Shown here piece after piece: positions 7,323 to 16,420 of a DNA stretch of 32,000 nucleotides. The number at the start of each line of letters is the position of its first letter. Position 1 is the stretch's first letter. The notes below the pieces were generated by a model. That model saw only the letters and a list, made by a program, of their open reading frames with translations. It made no database searches and was not told the origin of the DNA. The translations under genes were made by a program, and so were the position numbers. Source of the DNA: Candidatus Saccharimonadota bacterium. Its GTDB lineage: Bacteria > Bacteroidota > Bacteroidia > Cytophagales > Amoebophilaceae. The DNA is taken from contig NZ_OZ034918.1 in NCBI RefSeq assembly GCF_964030745.1, forward strand, positions 1 through 32,000, in the 5' to 3' direction.

Positions 7323-7607
7323 TTATCCTTGTTCAAAATAGGCTAAACAAATATCTATCTCTTTGATATATTTATTAATCTGATCTACCAAATGGTTATC
7401 GAATGGCAAGGGTTTATTGTGTTTTCCAGTTGCGCTACTAAGGTTTGTTTTAGATGTTTCCAATAGGGACTTTAATGTTTTATTTTCTTCTCTTAACTGA
7501 ATGATTTGTTTTTGATAACCTGCATGAGCCTCTAGCAGCTTCATAAGCATTTTTTCAAAGCGCTCTATGATGCTTTGATCCTCTTGATTATCGTCTAATA
7601 ATGCCAT
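7323..7607 (-). CDS. Small coiled-coil hypothetical protein between pheT and zapA
   Basis: 94-aa ORF with heptad-like IIERFEKMLMKLLEAHAGYQKQIIQLREENKTLKSLLE. Its ATG overlaps the pheT 3' end by 20 nt, and it is packed tightly against zapA, which suggests translational coupling. Confidence 0.6.
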   Translation of the reverse strand: MALLDDNQEDQSIIERFEKMLMKLLEAHAGYQKQIIQLREENKTLKSLLETSKTNLSSATGKHNKPLPFDNHLVDQINKYIKEIDICLAYFEQG

Positions 7608-9987
7608 TTAAATCACCTTCAAAAGTTTGAATCAGCTGATGCATGATTTGGTCAATCCTTTTGTCATCTAGTGTTTTTTCTTTATCCTGTAAGGTAAAAC
7701 GAATCGCATAAGACTTCTTATCTGCTGGTAAATGTGGCCCTTCGTAGACGTCAAAAAGATGGATCTCTTGAATATGTTTATGCCTCTGTTTTAGAATGAG
7801 CTCTTTTATGTTTTGGAATAAAACAGCCTTATCTACAATCAAAGAGAGATCTCTTTTAACAGCAGGAAATTTAGAAATAGGTTCATAAATTTTATCGAAT
7901 CTGCTCGCTTTTAATAGATGACTCCAACTAATATCTGCAAAGAAAACAGATTGTTCAAGGGAAAAGTCATCTATAATAGATGGTTGAACTTGGCCAAAAG
8001 TCATGACCACTTCTCCTTTATATAACCCTTGAACACCCTGCGTGTAGAATGGGTGGGTTGCTGGGCGATAAGATAGCGCCATAATGCCCAATTTTTGGAC
8101 AAGTTGCTCTATGGTAGTCCGCACATTTTGTAGGGTTACAGCTCCCAGTTGACGTACCCAATTGGGAGATTCTATTTGACCGGTAAGCCAAAGGGCTAAT
8201 CTTTTTTCTTCCTTATAGGATGTATGGTCTTGGCTATAGATGGTACCCCATTCAAATAATTTCAAGTCATACTGACGACGTGCCAGGTTGTAGGCGATCA
8301 CTTCTAGACCACTAAAAAGTAGCGTAGGACGCAATATATTGGTAGATCCGCTCAGGGGGTTCAAAATAGGGATTGCTTTGTACGTAGGTGCTATAGCTCC
8401 ATAAGCCTCTTTGGTTAAAGAATTTGTGTATATTTCATAATAGCCATTGGCTACCAATACTTTACTAATTTCTTCTACTACCTTGTACGTTTTGTCGAGC
8501 TTATTTTCAGGAGAAAGGTAAGGAGCAGTTAAGCGGTTGGGTATGCGATCATAGCCATATATGCGTGCAATTTCCTCAACTAGATCAGCTTTTCTGGTTA
8601 CATCTACTCTGTAGGGTGGTACCTTGGCTGTAAAACCCTTATCGGTTTCTGCTTCAATATCTATTTCTAAATCTGTTATAATTTGTTTAATAAGGACTGG
8701 ATCAATCGTTGTACCTAAGCATCGGTTAATATCTGCATAAGCAATAGGAATGGTAAAGTGCTCCAATGGGGTTGGGTAGTATTCTATAACTTGGCATGCT
8801 TGTGCAGATGGGAGCAGCTCTTGTAACAATAGTACCGCTCTTTTTAATGCATAAAGGGGCAGGTTGGGGTCTGTGCCACGCTCAAATCGAAAAGAGGCAT
8901 CTGTTTTAAGGTTATGGTGCTGAGCGGCATGACGTATGGCAGCTGGATTAAAATAACCACTTTCTATAAAAATATGTTGGGTGGTATCTGTAATACGTGT
9001 CCTATTTCCACCTAAAATGCCAGCCATTGCTATGGGACCTACTCCATCGCAAATCATCAATTCATGACCGGCTAATCTTCGTTCTATACCATCTAATCCT
9101 GTAAATAGAGTGGCTGAAGGGCATAGCTGAACACTAAGTGACTTATCCACGATGGTGTCATAGTCAAAAGCATGTAATGGTTGCCCCAATTCATGTAATA
9201 CAAAGTTGGTTACATCGACCACATTATTAATCGGTTTGACGCCAATGTTCGATAACCTGGTGCGCAGCCATTCGGGAGAAGGCTGAATGGAAATGTTTTT
9301 AAGCAATAGCCCAGTATAGCGGGGACATCGTCTGCCATCTATGTTGCCTATTTTTAATGGAGTGGCAGATGGTAGGGGATGAAAGGCCTTAATGGAAGGT
9401 GGCGTAGTGGGAAGATGCAAAATGGCTTTAAGCTCCCTGGCTATACCTAGGTGTGAACAGGCATCTGCTCTATTGGGTGTAATCTCAATTTCTAAGATCT
9501 CATCTAATAGATCTTTGAAGTAGTCCTTAGCAGGGGTTCCAGCAGGTAATGTAGTGTCCAATACTAGAATGCCATCATGTGCTGGACCAATGCCAATCTC
9601 ATCTTCTGCACAAATCATTCCTTCAGATAATACTCCCCTAATTTTAGCTTTTTTAATTTCAAAAGGGGATTGATCGACATAATGATAGATGGTGCTGCCT
9701 ACTGGTGCAACCACTACTTTTTGCCCAACTGCTACATTAGACGCACCACAAACAATCGTACATGGACTACCTGTTCCAATATCTACTAAGGTTTGCTTTA
9801 ACCTATCTGCGTTAGGATGGGGTAGGCAAGAGCGTATCTCACCTATTATAAGTCCCTCTAAACCACCTTTAATAGTAGGATAGATGTGGGCTACTTCTAA
9901 GCCTCGTTGGGTTAAAAGAGGAGCCAAATCAGCAGCCTTTACAGAAAGGTTGATATAGGACTTGAGCCAATTTAATGATATTTTCAT
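7588..9987 (-). CDS. pheT: Phenylalanine--tRNA ligase beta subunit
   Basis: MKISLNWLKSYI.. is the canonical PheT N-terminus (ATG at 9987; the ORF-track start at 10023 lies 12 codons upstream). The tRNA-binding domain has ..HPNADRL.., and the ~800-aa length with B3/4, B5 and C-terminal FDX-ACB-like regions is consistent. Confidence 0.97.
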   Translation of the reverse strand: MKISLNWLKSYINLSVKAADLAPLLTQRGLEVAHIYPTIKGGLEGLIIGEIRSCLPHPNADRLKQTLVDIGTGSPCTIVCGASNVAVGQKVVVAPVGSTIYHYVDQSPFEIKKAKIRGVLSEGMICAEDEIGIGPAHDGILVLDTTLPAGTPAKDYFKDLLDEILEIEITPNRADACSHLGIARELKAILHLPTTPPSIKAFHPLPSATPLKIGNIDGRRCPRYTGLLLKNISIQPSPEWLRTRLSNIGVKPINNVVDVTNFVLHELGQPLHAFDYDTIVDKSLSVQLCPSATLFTGLDGIERRLAGHELMICDGVGPIAMAGILGGNRTRITDTTQHIFIESGYFNPAAIRHAAQHHNLKTDASFRFERGTDPNLPLYALKRAVLLLQELLPSAQACQVIEYYPTPLEHFTIPIAYADINRCLGTTIDPVLIKQIITDLEIDIEAETDKGFTAKVPPYRVDVTRKADLVEEIARIYGYDRIPNRLTAPYLSPENKLDKTYKVVEEISKVLVANGYYEIYTNSLTKEAYGAIAPTYKAIPILNPLSGSTNILRPTLLFSGLEVIAYNLARRQYDLKLFEWGTIYSQDHTSYKEEKRLALWLTGQIESPNWVRQLGAVTLQNVRTTIEQLVQKLGIMALSYRPATHPFYTQGVQGLYKGEVVMTFGQVQPSIIDDFSLEQSVFFADISWSHLLKASRFDKIYEPISKFPAVKRDLSLIVDKAVLFQNIKELILKQRHKHIQEIHLFDVYEGPHLPADKKSYAIRFTLQDKEKTLDDKRIDQIMHQLIQTFEGDLNGIIRR

Positions 9988-10303
9988 AGTAAGGAGTTTG
10001 TGTCTTACTTTGTGTTTGACCAAAAAATAGAAAAAAACAGTATCCGCTCATCCAATGGCGTCAACTTAAGGAATTTATCTTATTTTTTTACTCAGCACTG
10101 TGGTTGAAAACGCATTTTTTCTAGTGTTTTAAGGAACTTCATTACACGCCTGTAGCTGGTCCTCTTATCTCCTTCGATAAAAAGTCTGGCCCGATAGTAA
10201 ATAGCTGAACAATAGATTGTTTCATTGCCTTTACTACGCGCCAAATCTTTTATCGGTGGCCACAAGTGCTGTGTATACCAATACTCTATTAAAGCGTTTG
10301 ATA

Positions 10304-11587
10304 TTAATTGTGCGCTCCTATGCGTTCTAATAATTGCATGCTATAACCATCCCAGTCATGAATAACATTTCTAGCTACACCAGAATCAATAGCAGCTTGC
10401 GCAACGGCTACAGAAACGGTAGCGAGCAAACGTCTATCCATCGGCTTAGGGAGTAGGTATTCTTTTCCAAAATGCATGGTTCCCCCATAGTATTTACGCA
10501 CATCAACGGGTACCTCTTCTTGTGCCAGTTGTTGAATGGCTTGTACTGCAGCGCGTTGCATTGCTCCATTGATGACAGCAGCACGTACGTCTAAGGCCCC
10601 CCTAAAAATGTAAGGAAAAGCCAGTAAGTTATTGACTTGGTTGGGGTAATCACCACGTCCTGTGGCAAAGATTACATCTGGTCTAGCAGCCATAACATCT
10701 CGATAAGAAATTTCTGGAACAGGGTTGGCTAACCCAAAGATAATAGGATCTTTGGCCATTCGTTCCACACTCTGACTCATTAATAGGTTACCAGAAGAAA
10801 GGCCTATAAAAACATCTGACCCAACCACTGCATCATGTAGGGTATGTACAGAACGGTCTGTGGCAAAGGGTGCTTTAATAGGGTCTAGGTCATCTCTATC
10901 CTTACGAATTACCCCTTTTCGATCACACATAACGATATGGGCCGGATTGGCACCTAAGGCGATCAACAGCTTGGCTGTAGCGATTGCGCTTGCACCAGCT
11001 CCACTAAAGACGATTTGTGCCTGGGCAATATCCTTATTGACGATTAATAAAGCATTTAATAAAGCAGCTGCTGCCACAATAGCTGTAGCATGCTGGTCAT
11101 CATGCATAATAGGTATATCCAATTGAGCCATCAATGTTTCTTCAATTTCGAAGCATTCAGGTGCTTTAATGTCTTCTAGGTTCAGCGCACCAAAGGTAGG
11201 GGCTAATGCTTTAATGACCTGTATGACCTCTTGCGGAGTAGTGGCATCAATTTCAATATCAAAAGCATCTACGCCAGCAAACTTTTTTAAGATCATTGCC
11301 TTGGCTTCCATAACTGGTTTGGCCGCTAAAGGGCCAATAGCACCGTACCCTAATACGGCTGTACCATTGGATATAACAGCTACCAAGTTCCCCTTATTGG
11401 TATATTGATACACCTTTTCCGCAGATGCAGCAATTTCTTCGCAAATAACACCCATGCCAGGGGTATAAGCGGTAATGATATCACGAGGTGTATGGAGTGG
11501 CTTGGTAACATAGGTACCTATTTTCCCAGCAGGAAATTTAGCGTGATAGGCCAAAACTTCTTCTTTAGTAACAACTGTTTTATTCAT
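10304..11587 (-). CDS. NAD(P)-dependent malic enzyme (short form, no PTA domain)
   Basis: MNKTVVTKEEVLAYHAKFPAGKIG.., ISNGTAVLGYGAIGP, MHDDQHATAIV, and the dinucleotide-binding FSGAGASAIA. ATG at 11587; the ORF-track start at 11674 is probably too far upstream. Confidence 0.93.
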   Translation of the reverse strand: MNKTVVTKEEVLAYHAKFPAGKIGTYVTKPLHTPRDIITAYTPGMGVICEEIAASAEKVYQYTNKGNLVAVISNGTAVLGYGAIGPLAAKPVMEAKAMILKKFAGVDAFDIEIDATTPQEVIQVIKALAPTFGALNLEDIKAPECFEIEETLMAQLDIPIMHDDQHATAIVAAAALLNALLIVNKDIAQAQIVFSGAGASAIATAKLLIALGANPAHIVMCDRKGVIRKDRDDLDPIKAPFATDRSVHTLHDAVVGSDVFIGLSSGNLLMSQSVERMAKDPIIFGLANPVPEISYRDVMAARPDVIFATGRGDYPNQVNNLLAFPYIFRGALDVRAAVINGAMQRAAVQAIQQLAQEEVPVDVRKYYGGTMHFGKEYLLPKPMDRRLLATVSVAVAQAAIDSGVARNVIHDWDGYSMQLLERIGAHN

Positions 11588-11719
11588 GGTATTGGAACGT
11601 TTTATTGGTAAATATTGAATACTTTGATGCCTTTTTGTTTTAAGGAAAAGCTGAGCCAAGTTACTATTTTTCAACCATTTATACCAAAGGTAGCGGTGTG
11701 AATCAGCTGCCTAATTTAT

Positions 11720-11864
11720 AGCCTTCTTTTGAAACGCTAACTTCTACTGGTAATTTGCACGTCGATCCGGTGCTCAAATCCTCACGTACATCTAGTACGC
11801 TGCGGTTTTGCGCGCCGTGTCTCCTACAAATTCCTCAGCATAAGCGGGTTTCAAAATGAAGCCT
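11720..11864. mobile_element. Diverged third copy of the 142-bp MITE-like element (see 14454 and 15014)
   Basis: Left end agccttcttttgaaacgcta; the right end reverse-complements to aggcttcattttgaaacccgctta. Internal blocks match copies 1 and 2: ttctactggtaattt vs ttctaatggcaatttt, and acatctagtacgctgcggt vs acatctagtattctgcggt. It overlaps the last 14 nt of rlmN. Confidence 0.6.
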
Positions 11865-12939
11865 GTTGTAAGTGTTTGCTGCGCAATTGTCCACAAGCGG
11901 CATCAATATCTGTACCATGTTCTGCACGAACGGCTGCATGAATCCCCTGTGCGCGCAGGGTAGCCACAAAATGGCGAATGGCTTTAGGTGTACTCCGTTT
12001 GTAGTGGTCTAATTCATCTACAGGGTTATAGGGAATAAGGTTGACATGAATTAGATGACGTTGACTACGTGCCAAAATTAAATTTGCTAGCTCAAAAGCA
12101 GCTATTTCTGAGTCATTTACATCTTTGAGTAGAATGTATTCAAAGGTCACGCGTCTGTTTGTTTGCGCTAAATAGTAATCAACGGCTTCCATAAGTTTTT
12201 CTATGGGAATGGCCTTATTGAGCTTCATGATTTGTGTACGTAGTACATTATTGGCTGCATGTAAAGAAAGGGCAAGGTTTACCTGTAGTCCCTCATGTGC
12301 AAAGGCTTTGATTTTGCGGTCTAGGCCGCTGGTAGAAACGGTAATATGCCGTGCACCAATTGCAAGCCCTTGGGTATGGTTAACGATACGTATAAAGCGT
12401 AAAACATGATCATAGTTGTCAAATGGTTCTCCAATACCCATGACTACTATATGGCTAATTCTTTTTTGCGAGATATCCAACTTTTTCTGCATATGGAGCA
12501 GTTGTTCTACTATTTCGCCTGCCGTTAAATCTCTTTTTTTGGTCAAAAGACCACTGGCACAAAACGTACAGCCAATATTACAGCCCACTTGTGTAGTGAC
12601 ACAAATGGATAGGCCATAGCTATGTTCCATTAAAACGGTTTCAATTAAATTGCCATCCGTTAATTTTAGCAAACATTTGATGGTACCATCTTTTGCATAT
12701 TGCACCTTATCTTCTACCATAGAGGCCAATGCAAAGTGATCCTCTAAGAGCGACCGAGTTGTTAAGCTGAGGTCACTCATTTCACTAAAGCTATTGACCC
12801 GTTTTTGGTAAAGCCATTTCCAAATTTGGCTACAACGGAAGGGCTTTTCACCCCGTTCTTCTAGCCAAAGCATTAGCTCTTTTTCGGTTAAGTTATAAAT
12901 GGATGGCTTTGGTAAACAATTTACTGAGTGGTTTAACAT
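11851..12939 (-). CDS. rlmN: 23S rRNA/tRNA (adenine-C2)-methyltransferase RlmN (radical SAM)
   Basis: Radical-SAM [17 protein letters not shown], and C-terminal DIDAACGQL. 362 aa. Confidence 0.95.
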   Translation of the reverse strand: MLNHSVNCLPKPSIYNLTEKELMLWLEERGEKPFRCSQIWKWLYQKRVNSFSEMSDLSLTTRSLLEDHFALASMVEDKVQYAKDGTIKCLLKLTDGNLIETVLMEHSYGLSICVTTQVGCNIGCTFCASGLLTKKRDLTAGEIVEQLLHMQKKLDISQKRISHIVVMGIGEPFDNYDHVLRFIRIVNHTQGLAIGARHITVSTSGLDRKIKAFAHEGLQVNLALSLHAANNVLRTQIMKLNKAIPIEKLMEAVDYYLAQTNRRVTFEYILLKDVNDSEIAAFELANLILARSQRHLIHVNLIPYNPVDELDHYKRSTPKAIRHFVATLRAQGIHAAVRAEHGTDIDAACGQLRSKHLQQASF

Positions 12940-12959
12940 TTGAGTTAATGGAACAAATC

Positions 12960-14051
12960 CTATACATTAAAACGAAAAAGCATGACATCCCCATCTTGCA
13001 CAAGATACTCTTTACCTTCTATACGCAGCTTTCCTGCTTCACGACAGCCACTTTCACTTTTGTAGGTCTTATAGTCCTCAAAAGAAATAACCTCTGCTTT
13101 AATAAATCCTCGTTGAAAGTCTGTATGAATAACTCCGGCTGCTTGAGGGGCTTTGGTGCCATTTTGAATAGTCCATGCCCGAACTTCTTGTGGGCCTACC
13201 GTAAAATAAGTAATCAGATCAAGCAAGGAATAAGCCGATTGAATCAACTTGTCTAATGCAGACTCCATCAGGTTATACTCCTTTAAGAAAAAATCCTTCT
13301 CCTCACCATTTAATGCATTGATTTGTGCTTCCAATGCAGTAGAGCCAATAATCATTTTGCTATTTTCTGTAACTTCTTTCAGTGCAGCCAAGTGAGGATT
13401 GGCGCTTCCAAGTATGGTTGCTTCATCTACATTGGCAAAATAAATAACTGGTTTTGAGGTTAATAACTGCCACTCATCTATCAGTGGTTGATCTGCTGCT
13501 GCTACTGGAATGGCGCGTGCATCACGTCCCTGTTTGAGTGCTGTTAAAAATAGATTCAAGAGTTCGTAGGTATGTTGCTGCGCTTTGGGACCCTGTTTGG
13601 CCAGCTTCTCTATTTTCTCTAACCTTTTGGTTAAGGTATCGATATCCTTACACCGTAGCTCATGATCAATGATTTGTTTGTCAAAAACAGGGTCTACACT
13701 ACCCGCCACATGTACGACATCCTCATCTTCAAAACACCTGATTACATGTACAATCGCATCTACTTCTCGAATATGGTTCAGGAACTTATTACCCAGCCCC
13801 TCTCCTTGATGGGCATCCTTGACCAACCCAGCTATATCTACAAACTCTATAGCAGTAGGTATGATGTTTTTAGAATCTGCCAATGTGGCAAGCAGTTGCA
13901 TACGTGAATCTGGTACAGCTACTACACCTACATTAGGCTCTATGGTACAAAAAGGGAAATTGGCAGAGGCCGCATTGCCATTGGATAAGCCGTTAAATAA
14001 CATGGATTTGCCCACATTGGGCAAACCAACAAGGCCACATCTTAAAGCCAT
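12960..14051 (-). CDS. ychF: Ribosome-binding ATPase YchF
   Basis: G1 [24 protein letters not shown], and C-terminal [13 protein letters not shown].. plus [13 protein letters not shown]. 363 aa. Confidence 0.97.
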   Translation of the reverse strand: MALRCGLVGLPNVGKSMLFNGLSNGNAASANFPFCTIEPNVGVVAVPDSRMQLLATLADSKNIIPTAIEFVDIAGLVKDAHQGEGLGNKFLNHIREVDAIVHVIRCFEDEDVVHVAGSVDPVFDKQIIDHELRCKDIDTLTKRLEKIEKLAKQGPKAQQHTYELLNLFLTALKQGRDARAIPVAAADQPLIDEWQLLTSKPVIYFANVDEATILGSANPHLAALKEVTENSKMIIGSTALEAQINALNGEEKDFFLKEYNLMESALDKLIQSAYSLLDLITYFTVGPQEVRAWTIQNGTKAPQAAGVIHTDFQRGFIKAEVISFEDYKTYKSESGCREAGKLRIEGKEYLVQDGDVMLFRFNV

Positions 14052-14100
14052 GAATCAAATGTATAGAATAAAAAAATATACGCAGCTAGCGCTAGGTCGC

Positions 14101-14406
14101 TTATTTGCTTGAATGCTCCTCTGCATTGCGATCAAATTGATCAAATGCATAGTCAGCCATTAGGGTCGTTTTAAGGTGATCAATTACTTCATTAAGCGCA
14201 CGAATGAACTTATTGACATCTTCCTTATATAGGAAGATTTTATGTTTTTCATAAGCCATGCCATCCATTTCTGCTCTTTTCTTACTTTCTGTGATGGTTA
14301 GGTAATAATCTTTACCTCTGGTTGACTTTATATCAAAGAAATAAACCCTTTTTCCTGCATTTACCCTTTTGGAATAAACCTCATCTAATCCTCTCTGTAA
14401 TTCCAC
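14101..14406 (-). CDS. PUR-like (DUF3276) nucleic-acid-binding protein typical of Bacteroidota
   Basis: VYSKRVNAGKRVYFFDIKSTRGKDYYLTITESKKR.. plus KIFLYKEDVNKFIRAL matches the PUR-repeat/DUF3276 pattern. GTG start per the ORF track. Confidence 0.8.
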   Translation of the reverse strand: MELQRGLDEVYSKRVNAGKRVYFFDIKSTRGKDYYLTITESKKRAEMDGMAYEKHKIFLYKEDVNKFIRALNEVIDHLKTTLMADYAFDQFDRNAEEHSSK

Positions 14407-14453
14407 TGTATAATTAATTTTATATATGTTCTGGTAACGCCTTTAACATCCAT

Positions 14454-14595
14454 AGACCTTCTGCAAAAGCTATTTCTAATGGCAATTTTGGTGTCGAAGC
14501 TTGTCTATGTTCCTCAAATACATCTAGTATTCTGCGGTACTCGACTGCGTTTCTCCCAAAAATTGCTGATCACAAATAGCTTTTTCAGAAGGTCT
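14454..14595. mobile_element. 142-bp MITE/Correia-like element, copy 1 (long terminal inverted repeats)
   Basis: agaccttctgcaaaagctatttctaatggcaattttgg... ...ccaaaaattgctgatcacaaatagctttttcagaaggtct. The outer 22 nt are a near-perfect inverted repeat, and the arms pair imperfectly over ~38 nt. 134/142 nt are identical to copy 2 in the same orientation. It overlaps the last 11 nt of the ferredoxin gene. Confidence 0.85.
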
Positions 14596-14932
14596 TATGT
14601 AAAAATTGCTTTTTTGCTAGCAATGCTTCTTTTGATTCTGGGTGATCTAGGTCCAATACACAACAATCTACCGGGCAAACTGCTGCACATTGTGGCTCTT
14701 CATGAAAGCCTACACATTCGGTGCATTTATCTGTAACAATATAAAACGTGTCATCTGCATAAGGTGCTTGTGGCAAGGTTGCATCCAATATTTCCCCTTT
14801 TGCCTCTACTGTTTTCAATTGTGTACCTTCAGCCCACTGCCAATCTGTTCCACCCTCATATATTGCAGTATTGGGGCATTCCACCGCGCACGCACCACAA
14901 TTGATACATGCTTCTGTTATCCGTAAGGCCAT
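14585..14932 (-). CDS. 2[4Fe-4S] ferredoxin (Alvin/YfhL-like spacing)
   Basis: CINCGACAVECP (CxxCxxCxxxCP) plus CTECVGFHEEPQCAAVCP (CxxCx8CxxxCP). The last residues ..KTF* are encoded by the MITE terminal repeat. Confidence 0.93.
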   Translation of the reverse strand: MALRITEACINCGACAVECPNTAIYEGGTDWQWAEGTQLKTVEAKGEILDATLPQAPYADDTFYIVTDKCTECVGFHEEPQCAAVCPVDCCVLDLDHPESKEALLAKKQFLHKTF

Positions 14933-15013
14933 AACTTCTAAAATTGTTCTATCTGCCAGCTAAGTTAATAGAAATAAAAGACTACAGCAAATCTTTGGTT
15001 TGGGTGGATCATT

Positions 15014-15155
15014 AGACCTTCTGCAAAACCTATTTCTAATGGCAATTTTGGTGTCGAAGCTTGTCTATGCTCCTCAAATACATCTAGTATTCTGCGGTGC
15101 TCGACTGTGCTTCTCCTAAAAATTGCTGATCACAAATAGCTTGTGCAGAAGGTCT
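15014..15155. mobile_element. 142-bp MITE/Correia-like element, copy 2
   Basis: Same length and orientation as copy 1, with 8 mismatches counted by hand. Terminal repeats are agaccttctgcaaaacctattt / aaatagcttgtgcagaaggtct. Flanked by ta...ta if the element is taken as gacc..ggtc. It ends 4 nt before the greA stop codon. Confidence 0.85.
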
Positions 15156-15159
15156 ATTA

Positions 15160-15630
15160 TCAAAGATCTAACCCGATTTTTAAAATTTCCAGTTCAATGA
15201 TACCAGATGGGGTATTTACTTGCGCAACCTCTGATACCTTTTTGCCTAATAATCCCTTGCCCATAGGGGAGTCAACAGATATTTTACCCTGCTTTAAGTC
15301 GGCTTCTCCTTGTGAGACAAGCATGAAAACAGATTCTGTACCTGTTTTTTTATTCCTAACGCGCGTTTTAGAAAGAATGGAAACCCGAGATAAGTCAATT
15401 TCACTTTCCTTTAATACTCTAGCATTAGCTACTAAAGTTTCTAAGGCAGCAATCTTTGCTTCTAACAAGCCTTGCGCATCCCTTGCGGCATCGTATTCCG
15501 CATTTTCACTTAAATCCCCTTTTTTATGCGCTTCTGCCAGATCATTGGCTACTCGAATACGTCCTTCGCTTTTTAACCAACTGAGTTCTTTCTTCATGCG
15601 CTCTAGCCCTTCTTCTGTATAATAGGTCAT
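15160..15630 (-). CDS. greA: Transcription elongation factor GreA
   Basis: MTYYTEEGLERMKKEL.., GDLSENAEYDAARD, and C-terminal ..VDSPMGKGLLGKKVSEV... ATG at 15630; the ORF-track start at 15693 lies 21 codons upstream. Confidence 0.95.
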   Translation of the reverse strand: MTYYTEEGLERMKKELSWLKSEGRIRVANDLAEAHKKGDLSENAEYDAARDAQGLLEAKIAALETLVANARVLKESEIDLSRVSILSKTRVRNKKTGTESVFMLVSQGEADLKQGKISVDSPMGKGLLGKKVSEVAQVNTPSGIIELEILKIGLDL

Positions 15631-15733
15631 TGATATTCTATGGTTTATAGTTTTAATTATTTTTTTACGATACTTGTTGTTCCATTGCCTCAAGAATAGT
15701 GCTTGCTAAACAGATGTTAGATTTGCTTAGCTA

Positions 15734-15898
15734 CTAAAGCAGTATGGATACAAATAGAAGTAAGAAGGCAATAAATAGCATGCTAAACTTATACCCAGCC
15801 AGTATGGGTATGACTACAACGCCCCCATGCATACCTATAGAAAGCAGGGCAATAAGCACTGCTAAAAATCTTGCAATGGCTTTCATATTACCTTTCAT
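15734..15898 (-). CDS. Possible 54-aa two-helix small membrane protein (below the ORF-track size cutoff)
   Basis: Hand translation: MKGNMKAIARFLAVLIALLSIGMHGGVVVIPILAGYKFSMLFIAFLLLFVSILL*. It has two hydrophobic segments and no homology evidence. It competes with a plus-strand 76-aa ORF over the same DNA. Confidence 0.3.
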   Translation of the reverse strand: MKGNMKAIARFLAVLIALLSIGMHGGVVVIPILAGYKFSMLFIAFLLLFVSILL

Positions 15899-16420
15899 GT
15901 TAATTAAATTGTGTTTACAAAAATTATGCTTTCAGCTGCTATCTAAGCATTTTGTTGCATGCAAACCAACCTAAAAAATAAGGACATTTTTCGTTGTTTG
16001 CTAACTAGTGATGCCATGAAGTTGGCTTGGTTTTAAACCAAAACTATCTGATGTTGGCATGGACAAAAGGCTAATATAAAAAAATAAAAGACGAAAATAA
16101 TGCATAACCTGTAGTTAGATCTAGATCCTATGGGATGTTAGTGATGCATGGGGGCGTAGGAAACGTAATACAGTAAAAATGTGGGGGATATATCATACAG
16201 CTATTTAGGACTATCAAATATATTTCTTAGATTCGCGTAAATGTTTCCAAGTGATCAATAGACATTTTGCAAGGAGATATCTTTGCCCTATGGGGATATT
16301 GCTATAAACTGGATTATCCCACCCAGTTGAACGATATGCTAGAGCATATTAATAGCAAACTGGCATTGGATTTGTAAACAACTTAGCGAGCATCGAGTAG
16401 TCCATTGTAATATATTTTTT

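Noticed and set aside
10860-11611. Three plus-strand ORFs (68-88 aa) inside the malic enzyme gene
   Set aside because: These are antisense shadow ORFs of a strongly supported gene. The same reasoning applies to 1599-1907, 2009-2263, 2833-3138, 9689-9883, 12203-12619, 12903-13256, 13662-14112, 17185-17424, 17551-17736, 18477-18797, 20745-21038, 21464-21742, 23288-23491, 23829-24032, 24683-24916, 26125-26355, 27219-27497, 28683-28886, 30345-30605 and 31529-31759.
11765-11800. tRNA T-arm-like string ggtgctcaaatcc inside MITE copy 3
   Set aside because: There are no complementary stem halves and no acceptor, D or anticodon arms around it. I found no tRNA-like cloverleaf anywhere in the window.
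14479-14736. 85-aa plus-strand ORF starting at an ATG inside MITE copy 1
   Set aside because: The same ATG in copy 2 gives only ~26 codons before a stop. The long version exists only because it reads antisense through the ferredoxin gene. It is not conserved between the copies.
15143-15622. 159-aa plus-strand ORF
   Set aside because: It is entirely antisense to greA, which has unmistakable family motifs. It is a Ser/Ala/Leu-rich shadow ORF.
15744-15974. 76-aa plus-strand ORF in the greA-pgk gap
   Set aside because: It has no motifs. It overlaps the opposite-strand 54-aa ORF, which at least looks like a two-helix membrane peptide. Neither can be confirmed, and only the latter is listed, at low confidence.
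15815-16160. 14-nt inverted match (acgcccccatgcat at ~15815 / atgcatgggggcgt at ~16147) as possible terminal repeats of an element
   Set aside because: A single exact 14-mer match on opposite strands in 32 kb is about what chance predicts (order of one to a few). The flanks do not extend the match.
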